Positions 28,855-38,200 of a stretch of 64,000 nucleotides of DNA are shown in pieces. The notes below the pieces were generated by a model. The model ran no database searches and was not told where the DNA came from. It worked only from the letters and a program-made list of their open reading frames with translations. This DNA comes from an uncultured archaeon (GTDB lineage Archaea; Thermoplasmatota; Penumbrarchaeia; JASLWR01). How positions within the stretch are numbered: position 1 is the first letter of the stretch; every line of letters starts with the position of its first letter. A program made the position numbers and the translations under genes. Location: positions 2,534 through 66,533 of the forward strand of contig CAYFHS010000010.1 of assembly GCA_964342815.1 (NCBI GenBank). Reading direction: 5' to 3'.

Positions 28855-29337
28855 TTATCCGTTCAATCTATCATCGTAAAGTCCTTTATTTATACTGGTA
28901 ATGGCTTCTTTTGGGTTCTTTCCGTCACATGTGACACCCATGGAAACACAGGTCCCCAGTACCTCCTTGGCACGATTCTTCAGATTCTTACCCAGCAGGG
29001 AATCTTCCTTCATATTGGCAATCTTTACAAGAAGCTCGATGGACAGGTCACCCACAACCTCCTCCCTGCATTTCTGGGCACCTTTCTCGATTCCCAGTTC
29101 GCTCAATACAAGCGATGAGGTGGGCGGTGTGCCTATGGATATTGTAAAATCCTTCGTAGCTGTATCCACATTTATTTTTACAGGTACCTTCATTCCCTTG
29201 AAGGCTTCCGTTTTTCCATTGATGGCACTTACCACCTTCATGATATTGAGCCCAAGGGGGCCCAATGCAGGTCCGATAGGCGGTCCCGCGGATGCTTTCC
29301 CACCCTCTACCAGGGCTTCTATCGTGGTCACTGGCAT
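28855..29337 (-). CDS. rpl11: 50S ribosomal protein uL11
   Basis: VEGGKASAGPPIGPALGPLG, GMKVPVK and GTCVSMGV motifs. Confidence 0.97.
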   Translation of the reverse strand: MPVTTIEALVEGGKASAGPPIGPALGPLGLNIMKVVSAINGKTEAFKGMKVPVKINVDTATKDFTISIGTPPTSSLVLSELGIEKGAQKCREEVVGDLSIELLVKIANMKEDSLLGKNLKNRAKEVLGTCVSMGVTCDGKNPKEAITSINKGLYDDRLNG

Positions 29338-29975
29338 TATTTTGTCTCCTTCTCAATCACTCTAACGGATTCACCCTTGATGGTTACAGGGATCGAGACC
29401 ATGGCTTCGAAGAGTTCCACCGTGATCTCTTCCTTGCCTTCGTCCTTTTTCGAGACCCTTGCTTTCTCACCCTTGAAGGGACCGTTTATTATTTCTATGA
29501 TGTCTCCAACCTCGATACCGGAAACGGCCGGAGGCGGCGACAGGAAATGTTCGATCTCGGACATGTAAGTTATACCGGACACCACGGACCGCGCGTGTTT
29601 CAATCCCTTGAGGAGGCTTGACAGGCGGTCCCGGATAACCCTTCCCACGACCGAATCATCATTGGCTATTAGGCTGGGATCTTCCAGTTCTTCCAGTACT
29701 TGATCGTGATGCTGGGGATCGTTGAGCATGTCTTCAATTTGCTGGTAGTTCAATCCAAACTCGACCAGGAGATAACCTCTAAGACGGTGTGGGGATAAAA
29801 GGGAATATATCTCGGCCTTTTTTCTCTTGGCTCGGCCCCCCAGATTATTGGCCACATCCTTTTCATGTCCGATAGCAGTTTTAATGGCAACGATATACCT
29901 GGCTTTTTCCTCAAGTTCCTTCAGTTTCAGATAGTCATAGGTATCGATAATGTTGTCAACATCCCCCTTGTACAT
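29337..29975 (-). CDS. spt5: Transcription elongation factor Spt5 (NusG family) with insertion
   Basis: AIKTAIGHEKDVA and LRGYLLVE NGN domain, plus GDIIEIINGPFKGEKARV KOW domain. Conserved secE-spt5-rpl11 synteny. Confidence 0.93.
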   Translation of the reverse strand: MYKGDVDNIIDTYDYLKLKELEEKARYIVAIKTAIGHEKDVANNLGGRAKRKKAEIYSLLSPHRLRGYLLVEFGLNYQQIEDMLNDPQHHDQVLEELEDPSLIANDDSVVGRVIRDRLSSLLKGLKHARSVVSGITYMSEIEHFLSPPPAVSGIEVGDIIEIINGPFKGEKARVSKKDEGKEEITVELFEAMVSIPVTIKGESVRVIEKETK

Positions 29976-30001
29976 ATTTTCACCAGAGCCTTTCTCTCTA
30001 A

Positions 30002-30241
30002 TTACAATCCCAGCATATCGCTGATCAGCGGGGGCAGTTTTTCCCAGATGAGAAATATCAAAAAGCCCATGGCACCAATGATAACCAACCCAACCCCCGT
30101 TATCTGGAGAGTTTTAGTGTACTCTTCCCGATTAGGTTTTCTTGCCATTTTCAGCACTCTACCGTACTTTCCCTTTCCGAGATTCTTGGTGCGGCTCTCG
30201 ATCCGCTTCTGAATCTGAAGAGACTTTTCTATGATATCCAT
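30002..30241 (-). CDS. secE: Protein translocase subunit SecE/Sec61-gamma
   Basis: GKYGRVLKMARKP.REEY.K...ITG.G..IIG..GF.I motif and synteny. Confidence 0.93.
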   Translation of the reverse strand: MDIIEKSLQIQKRIESRTKNLGKGKYGRVLKMARKPNREEYTKTLQITGVGLVIIGAMGFLIFLIWEKLPPLISDMLGL

Positions 30242-30284
30242 TAAAATACCTTCAATTCCTCAAGATTATGGTACAGTCGGGACA

Positions 30285-31439
30285 TTACCTGATGAAGTCC
30301 AATCCCAATTCCTTCAACGGTCTAAGGGACTGTCCCTTGCCGCCAACATGCTTGGAAATAACCCCCGTTAAGACTACCATTACCTCAATGGTCCTGTCCA
30401 GCTGCGGCTCTATACGTGCGCCCCATATTATCTGGGCCTGAGGATTGATCTTCTCACTTATGAGCTCCACGACCTTTTCGGCCTCGGATACCGTCATATC
30501 CTCTCCACCCACAACGTTCACAAGCGCTCCGCCCACGTCGGATATGTCAAGATCAAGAAGTGGAGAACCCAACGCTTCCTCAACAGCTTCATTGACACGC
30601 TCATCGCTATCGGACTTGCCCAGTCCGATCATGGCCACTCCGCCGCCCCGAAGAATGCTGCGAAGATCATTGAAATCCAGGTTGACCAGGCCGGTTTTTG
30701 TGATAATTTCCGTAATGGATTTGATGGACTGCATTAAAATCTCATCAGCAACCTGGAAGGCTGCATTCAGAGGCATTCGGGGAACGATCTTCAATAGCTT
30801 ATCATTCTGGATCACTATGACCGTATCAACAACTTCCTTCAGTTTCTCAAATCCCCACTGCGCGTTCTGCCTCCTCACGAGGCCTTCAGCGGAGAAGGGG
30901 AACGTGACGATGGCAAGGGTCAGTTTACCCATCTCTGTAGCCAGCTTCGCAACGTATGGAGAAGTGCCAGTTCCGGTTCCGCCACCCATACCGCAGGTAA
31001 TGAAAACCATTTCCGAGTCCTGGAGGATAAGCCTGATCTCATCTTCCTCCTCCGCAGCTGCATGTTCACCTATCTGGGGTTGCGAACCCGCTCCAAGACC
31101 CCTGGTGGTACGTTTTCCGATCAGCAGTTTATGAGGGGATTTGATATGAAGTAAATGCTGGGCATCGGTATTAAGCGCATACAGTTCTGCCCCGTAAATC
31201 TTCGCATCGACGCACCTGTTGATAGTATTGCTCCCTGCGCCTCCGCATCCAACGATCTTGATAGCGGGTTTAAGCTTTTTGGCTATATCGTCCAATTCCT
31301 TGTCCGATATGCCTGCCCCGGACTGCTCGATGATGGTCTGCGGTTTTACAGGGCTTGGTGAAGGCGCCTTTTTAACCTCGCTAGTCTTTCTTGTCAATAT
31401 GTCACGTGCCAAGGATCTTGTCATTTGGAATCCTCCCAT
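30285..31439 (-). CDS. ftsZ: Cell division protein FtsZ (FtsZ1)
   Basis: VGCGGAGSN, NTDAQHL, GMGGGTGTG tubulin signature and VNLDFND. Upstream of secE. Confidence 0.97.
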   Translation of the reverse strand: MGGFQMTRSLARDILTRKTSEVKKAPSPSPVKPQTIIEQSGAGISDKELDDIAKKLKPAIKIVGCGGAGSNTINRCVDAKIYGAELYALNTDAQHLLHIKSPHKLLIGKRTTRGLGAGSQPQIGEHAAAEEEDEIRLILQDSEMVFITCGMGGGTGTGTSPYVAKLATEMGKLTLAIVTFPFSAEGLVRRQNAQWGFEKLKEVVDTVIVIQNDKLLKIVPRMPLNAAFQVADEILMQSIKSITEIITKTGLVNLDFNDLRSILRGGGVAMIGLGKSDSDERVNEAVEEALGSPLLDLDISDVGGALVNVVGGEDMTVSEAEKVVELISEKINPQAQIIWGARIEPQLDRTIEVMVVLTGVISKHVGGKGQSLRPLKELGLDFIR

Positions 31440-31865
31440 GTAAACTCAGCATAAATGCAAAATGTCAATATAAAGTCCGATAAAACCGGTCCCCTTATTA
31501 TTTGACCCATCATTCAGAAGAAGAATGATGTTGCCTTGGAACGGTGATAAGTTAGAAATGATATATTAACTTTTGTGTATAAGTTCAGCTGAATCGGTCC
31601 CTATTGGACTACAATTCCGCGTAGCTTGTCACAAGTGTAAACTTCGACTTCTCGTCGGGCATAGAGCTAATGAAAATATGAGCTTGATCGAATGGATTAT
31701 TTACGTTTTCCCTGGATCATTCACGCTCTATCCACCGAAGCCGCAATGATTAATAAAAATACAAAAGGGTATTGTCCCATCCCGATAATATAGTTCCTCA
31801 ACGACAATATATTATAAGCAATCAACTTATATCAGTTCCGTTTTTTAACAAGGGGGATTATTTCC

Positions 31866-33041
31866 TTGAAGGTACTGATCAATGCCATGAGCATCATGGA
31901 GAGAGGCGGTTGCGGTTTATATGCGAGAGAGCTGATACGAGGGCTTCTTGAGACCAAAACCAGCGAACTTAGCAATCTGGCGGTACCACGGAAGGTTTAT
32001 AATTCAATCGGAAACGTGAAGGACATCAGATTCAACAAAGAAATGATGGCAAGTATGGCTGTACCTGAAGAATTAATAACGTCAAAATTTCAAGGATCAT
32101 TCTGGCATTATCTAACTCTCCCTTTATGGGAAAAAAAACAGGGATTCGACATATTTCACGATCCGGCTCAAATAGGTGGATTTACTTTAAGGTCCTCTTC
32201 AAAAAAGATATTGACTATTCACGACCTTTCTCCTCTTACGCATCCGGCGCTTCACCCGAAAGAGCGGGTACTGAAACATAAATATCTTCTGCCCCGAATA
32301 ATATCGAACACGGACCTCATTGTTGTCCCATCCAATTCCACGAAGGTGGAGGTTGCCGAGTTACTTGATGTGGATACTGAGCGAATAATGACGATCTACC
32401 CCGGCTGCGATCATCTCAAAAGCGAAACTAAGATCGACTTTTCTCTATGGAAAAATAATATTGGGATAAGCTCCCCCGAACCCTTCATAATACTGACAGT
32501 ATCCACTTTGGAGTCCAGAAAAAACATCGGAGTCATTGTGGATGCGTTCGATAAAATGTGCTGTGAGGATTTGGGAAAGGATGACATTTACCTGGTGATA
32601 GTTGGAGAATGGGGTTATAATGGCAAAGAATTAAAAAACCGCATACGCGTCTCTCCTTTTCGTAAAAACATTATTATCACGGGCAGGATCGATGACGGAA
32701 CCCTTGCGGCTCTTTACGGAGGATCGTCTGTTTTTGCCTGCATGTCGCTAAAGGAGGGGTTCGGTCTTCCCCCTATGGAGGCGCAATTCTTTGGGCTTCC
32801 CACTATAATTTCCTCGGATAGAGCATTAATGGAGATTTCGGGAGAAGGGGCTCTCGTTGTCAAACTTGAAGAAGGAAATGAGAGAATGGCTGAGGAATTA
32901 TCTACCCATTTCATCAATATCCGTACAATACCGGACCTTAGAAAGGAAATGAGCGGGAGTGCCCAGAGGAACGCTTCGAAATACAAATGGAGCAGTTTCA
33001 CGCAAAATATAATGCGTGCGTATAGATCGGTATTGGGTTGA
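31866..33041 (+). CDS. Glycosyltransferase family 4 (GT-B)
   Basis: ILTIHDL, STLESRKN and EGFGLPPMEA motifs. TTG start after GGGGG RBS. Confidence 0.9.
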   Translation: MKVLINAMSIMERGGCGLYARELIRGLLETKTSELSNLAVPRKVYNSIGNVKDIRFNKEMMASMAVPEELITSKFQGSFWHYLTLPLWEKKQGFDIFHDPAQIGGFTLRSSSKKILTIHDLSPLTHPALHPKERVLKHKYLLPRIISNTDLIVVPSNSTKVEVAELLDVDTERIMTIYPGCDHLKSETKIDFSLWKNNIGISSPEPFIILTVSTLESRKNIGVIVDAFDKMCCEDLGKDDIYLVIVGEWGYNGKELKNRIRVSPFRKNIIITGRIDDGTLAALYGGSSVFACMSLKEGFGLPPMEAQFFGLPTIISSDRALMEISGEGALVVKLEEGNERMAEELSTHFINIRTIPDLRKEMSGSAQRNASKYKWSSFTQNIMRAYRSVLG

Positions 33042-33055
33042 AGTCACGTTGATCA

Positions 33056-33808
33056 TCAATACATCGCTTTTAAAAAATTGGCACATTCTTCCGCCGTGTT
33101 TGCGATCATATCGAAGTTTTCGATTATCTTTAAAAAATGCATGGTCGGTATGCTTCCCAGAGGAAATTCCTCGCGATATATCTTGCCCCGAAGTTTTCGC
33201 TCCAAACGATCAGCCTCGTCTTCAGCATGGCTCACTTCCTGGCAAAGTTCATAGACCGATTCTTTTTCTTCCACTTCGCAGCCCTGGTTCTTATCCCTGA
33301 AGCCAGGTATGTACCGGTTCTCATCGATCTTGCTGCAGGAGCCCATATCGGCTCCCTCATACATTTTAATGAAATGCTCACAATCCGAACATTTTTTTCG
33401 CTCGCCGGTTCTTGCCATTTCGATGGATTGCTGAAACTTTTCAACGCTATCCAGAACAACTTCCATGAACTTACTGAAATCGACCCATGCACTGGTGGGT
33501 ATGGAATCCTCGCGCATGATTAAAAGAAGTGCCACATCCTCTGAATAATCCGCAATAAGGCTTATTCTGGCAGATAATTCGAGAGCTGAACTCTTCGTAC
33601 GAAAATCACTCTCGATGCTGGCCCAGTGAAGTTGGGCTTTTTCTTTGATGGAATCGGTCTGATCCTCGATGGAGCTTATTTCAAGCTGAATTTTTTTTAC
33701 TTTTATTGTATCCCCGAGATAATATTCCTCGGTACATTTTACAAGTTTTTTTACGCTTTCCAATGCCATTTTGGTTTGGTTCTCAAGCAGTTTTGTCTTT
33801 AATTTCAT
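33056..33808 (-). CDS. DUF47 (PhoU-like phosphate transport regulator) family protein with Cys-rich insertion
   Basis: Duplicated helical pattern ISSIEDQTD..IADYSEDVA / VSHAEDEAD.LER..DMIANTAEECA. Start uncertain (33808 or 33838). Confidence 0.7.
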   Translation of the reverse strand: MKLKTKLLENQTKMALESVKKLVKCTEEYYLGDTIKVKKIQLEISSIEDQTDSIKEKAQLHWASIESDFRTKSSALELSARISLIADYSEDVALLLIMREDSIPTSAWVDFSKFMEVVLDSVEKFQQSIEMARTGERKKCSDCEHFIKMYEGADMGSCSKIDENRYIPGFRDKNQGCEVEEKESVYELCQEVSHAEDEADRLERKLRGKIYREEFPLGSIPTMHFLKIIENFDMIANTAEECANFLKAMY

Positions 33809-34102
33809 GTTTTCATCCACCTTATGACAATGATTCATATTGGGATAACAATATTATATCACGATTCGAATAAAAAGAGAGAAGGGGGATTATACGACTT
33901 GTTTGTATATTTGTATTTTGGGATTGCAAGGTGGAAAAAAGGAGATTACAATTCAACATTCGTACCAAAACTTTTTTTAACTAAATTGTAATATCGTTCC
34001 GCTCTGGCCGTATATTATCGAAAATAGTATTCAAAGCGACGTATTGCCTATGGATAGTTTTGCAGATACACAAGGGCGATAGTTCAATTAATACTGCCCA
34101 TC

Positions 34103-35146
34103 ATGGTGATGAACATGGAAGATATCAAGGTCTACGAGATACGGAGACTGGACCTCCGCGGTGCTACCGTCATTGATGGTTTTCCCAGCGTTGGGCTTGT
34201 ATCCACAATTTGCGCTAATTATCTCATCAGCTCCCTCAATCTTAAACAGATAGGTATTATGGATTCGATCTATTTTCCCACAGTATCCGTTGTGAGGGAC
34301 TCCGAGCCGTTGAACCCTGTGAGGATATACGGTGGAGAGATAATGAATAAAGATGACGAGAAAAAGCTCATTGTGGTGTTCATCTCCGAATTCCAACCGC
34401 CGCCAAAGTTGATAAAACTCATTGCAGGCACCATTCTGGACTGGATCGTTGAACAGAACTGCGGGGTCCTTGTATCCCCGGAAGGACTCGTCATAGAAAG
34501 AGCGGGAGATACGGATGAGGCTGCTGAAGCGTCTTTCAACAAAGACGAGATATTAAGAGGCATGATATCGAAGGGACAGGGTGAATCAGACGATGGAAGC
34601 GGGGAAAAAGCAATTGTGGAGGCCATGCTGTCCATGGACCTGTTGAACCCTGCTGAAACAGGGAAATTAGAAAAGGTGGATGAGGGGAAAAATGATACCG
34701 CTGAAGGGGATCTGCTCAAAGAAGAAGAGGGAACAGGGGAAAACCTACAAGATGACGATGGAGGCCCGGTGCCGGGAGGAAGACCGCAGGTTGACGTTTA
34801 CGGAATCGCTTCCACAAAGGAAGCAAGAGAACTTCTTAACGACAAGTGGATAATGCCCTTCTCGGAAGGAGTGATTTCGGGTGTGGCGGGTGTTCTATTG
34901 AACGAGGGGAAAAGAAGAGGCTTCAATGTTATTTCGCTTCTCGCAGAGACACGAACTGATTACCCCGACGCCCGAGCTGCGGCGAAAGTCATCGAAGCCA
35001 TAGACGAGGCGGTACTGAACATTGGAATTGACGTGGAGCCCTTGTACAAGGAAGCGGAAGATATAGAAATGAAAATAAAGATGATGAGAGCCCAGGTGGA
35101 GGGTCCGAAACGGAGAAAACACACCTCGCCCAGCATGTACGGTTAG
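34103..35146 (+). CDS. Proteasome assembly chaperone PAC2 family protein with long acidic insertion
   Basis: IDGFPSVGLVSTI, PVRIY, GVISGVAGVLL, PDARAAA and C-terminal HbYX-type MYG. Confidence 0.9.
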   Translation: MVMNMEDIKVYEIRRLDLRGATVIDGFPSVGLVSTICANYLISSLNLKQIGIMDSIYFPTVSVVRDSEPLNPVRIYGGEIMNKDDEKKLIVVFISEFQPPPKLIKLIAGTILDWIVEQNCGVLVSPEGLVIERAGDTDEAAEASFNKDEILRGMISKGQGESDDGSGEKAIVEAMLSMDLLNPAETGKLEKVDEGKNDTAEGDLLKEEEGTGENLQDDDGGPVPGGRPQVDVYGIASTKEARELLNDKWIMPFSEGVISGVAGVLLNEGKRRGFNVISLLAETRTDYPDARAAAKVIEAIDEAVLNIGIDVEPLYKEAEDIEMKIKMMRAQVEGPKRRKHTSPSMYG

Positions 35147-35237
35147 TAGAAATTTGCATATTTTTATTATTGATTATTGAGCATCTTACAGCACCGCAAC
35201 CCATAAACTATACCAAGGAAATGATTTCCGGATCTAG

Positions 35238-38200
35238 CTAAAAACTGTAATAGTCCGTCTCTCCATCGGTTCCGGGGGATCCGAGATCATCCGTTTGTTC
35301 AATATCATTTTCTTCATCATCTATAATTTCTAATTCGGTCAGTTCGGCAAACTCTCCCAGTTCTTCCATCTCTTTTAATAATTCTCGCTCGTCCCTTTCC
35401 CTTTGCTCCTCTTTTTTTGCAGGTCCATCTTCCTTTTGCCCTTCCTCATCGGCAGCTTCAGATAATATTTTCGTTTTTTCGGATTCTTCGAATTCATCTT
35501 CTCCATGGTCATCTTCATCATTTTCATCGGCATTCTCTTCTTCGATCTCATCATCCTCTTCGATTTCCATCGATTCATTTCCCAATTGGTAATCTGTATC
35601 GTCAGCTTCTCTTGAAAGACTTATTGTTTTAGGGGTTCGAGCCGGTTTGTGATCCTTTTTTCTATCGGTTTTTTTTGACACATTCATTTCATCTTTTGCG
35701 GGGGGATGAGGATTTACCGGTTTTTTCCTGAAGATGAGTATCAGTATTATTATGATCGAAAGTCCTAATATCCCCACAAGCAGGTAAAGATTCATCTCGA
35801 CCTTGTCCTCATCTTCCCCGCTGAATTTCTCTATGTCAGCGCTTAGTTCGTTCTCGGTGTCACTCAGAGATTGGTCCAGTTGTTGAAGTTGATCCAGTAT
35901 CAGGTCCAATTTTGTCAGTCTTTCAAGGCTCTGGTTTATTCTATTTAGTCGTTCAATGGTCTCGTTGTAATAATTTCCAATATTGGAATTGACCTGTAAT
36001 AGCTCTTGTTGGACAGAGCTGTCGTGATCGCCAATTTCTGAAATCATGCTGGATATTCCTTCATTCAATTCCGACAGGTGCAGCGTGCTCAGAGAATTCA
36101 GCAGAGTTGACAGGTTTGATATTATTACCCGAATTGAAGCGTCATGAACGGTCACATCATCCGTAATTGAGACGAGTTCATCTCTGATACCCGATATATT
36201 CTCCATGAGCTGTTCATCCGTCAGGTTATTCCCGGTCCCGATCAATCCCGTCAATTCAGCCAGCAATACCTCGATATCGGAATCATGGTCCGTGATATTG
36301 TCATCGAGATCACCGAGTAACTCGTATGATTCGTTCAGTTTATCGAGAATAATTCCCTTTGTGAGATTATGCTGATCGACCATTGTCGAAGACAATAACA
36401 CGAGGGTATCATTTATTACACCACTGCGGATGCTGAGATTGTTCTCCATGGAAAGGAGATTCCCCATCAATCCGGTCAAATTTGTCTTCAAAGAAGTATA
36501 GAAATCAATGGTCAGGGTTTCCAGGCCGCTTATCTGAGCGGTTAATGATTGATTTACAGTGGTTAAATTCGAATCGATCTCACTGAGAACCGTATCCATC
36601 TAATTGCGTAAAGCATTATGTTCCGTGCTAATGTTGCTTGATAGATTCGTAAACTTTTCGGTAAATGTGAAATTCAATCCCGACATATCATTTGTAATAT
36701 TCGATACCCTGCTCCTGATCTCCTCCGCCAAGGACGAATTAATCCGCGCCAATTCTGCCATCAAGTTAGTGTCAATCCCCGTAAGGTTGTTCTCGATATT
36801 ATCCATACGACGGCTAAGAGTTACATTTACGCCTGATAACTGGCTTGTGAGATTGTTCAATGAGGAGGGGATGGTTGAATTCAAATATCCCAGGTCAGCT
36901 TTTATATTAACGATACTGGTGTTCATATACGATAGGTTGGATTGTATGTTTATGATTCTATTCTGGACGTCGTTTACGGTGTTATTGATACTTGTCAAGC
37001 TATCGGTGATGTTGCCAAATTCCGAATTCATATCATTTATGTTGCTGAAGGGATAAGGGTCGGTACCATCGCTTATGCCGTCGTTGTCGTCGTCACCGTC
37101 CGCATTATTACCGATACCATCGAGGTCGCTATCGAGCCATTCCGAGGCGTTCAGCGGAAAATAATCCTCTCCATCCGGTACCCCGTCTCCGTCATCGTCG
37201 CTGTCAACGAGATTGCCTATCCCATCTCCGTCAAGGTCGGAGTCCGCCACCATGGCCTCAATGGGCGATAGCAATGATTCGCCTCCCAGCGGGCATACGT
37301 TTACTACCGAATAATAATATGTTACGCCGGCAGTAATATCCAGGTCCGTGTAATTCATACCGGTTACATTTATCAGCCGGCTGAGTGAGCTCGGGGCAAG
37401 TCCGCGGTATATACCTGTAAAAAACGGACTTCCGTATGAGCTGGGCCAGAAAAGATTGATCCCGGGATCAGTTGAGGTAAGATTTAATGAAAGCTCGCTT
37501 ATCCGCGGTAGATAACTCCTATTTATAAGATACGTGTGTCCAGCTTCACCTCCCCCGTCGTCATCTCCATAAGCACCTATCAGTATGTCGTCATATCCAT
37601 CTCCGTTAACATCTCCCGCGCCGGAAACGGAACGCCCCGAAAAATCGCTAGCGTCTTCCCCTATAAATGAAGCACTGGCATTGCTCAGCTCGAAATTCGC
37701 GGTCCAACCCGAAGGCTTGCCGAAAACAAGGTAGCTGTGACCGGCGCTTGATCCCCCGTCATCGTCTCCATAGGCACCTATTAGTATGTCAGCATAACCG
37801 TCACCGTTGACGTCCCCCGCCCCCGAAACGGAATCGCCCGCCAGATCATTTGTATCTTCCCCGATGAATGAAGCACTGGCATTTGTCAGATTAAAATCCA
37901 TTACCCATCCGGATGTTTTGCCAAAGATCAGATACGCCTGGCCCGAACCCACTCCTCCATCGTCATTCCCTTTTGCACCGATCAAAATGTCGTCGTATCC
38001 GTCTCCATCAACGTCTCCAGCTCCCGAAACCGAGTATCCCGCAGTATCGTCAGCCGCTTCTCCGATGAATGACGCACTGGCGTTTGTAAGCTCGAAATCC
38101 ATGATCCATCCTGATGAGCTCCCGAAAATAAGATAGGTTTGGCCTGCACTATTTCCCCCCTCGTCATTTCCGCTGGCGCCGATCAATATATCATCGAATC

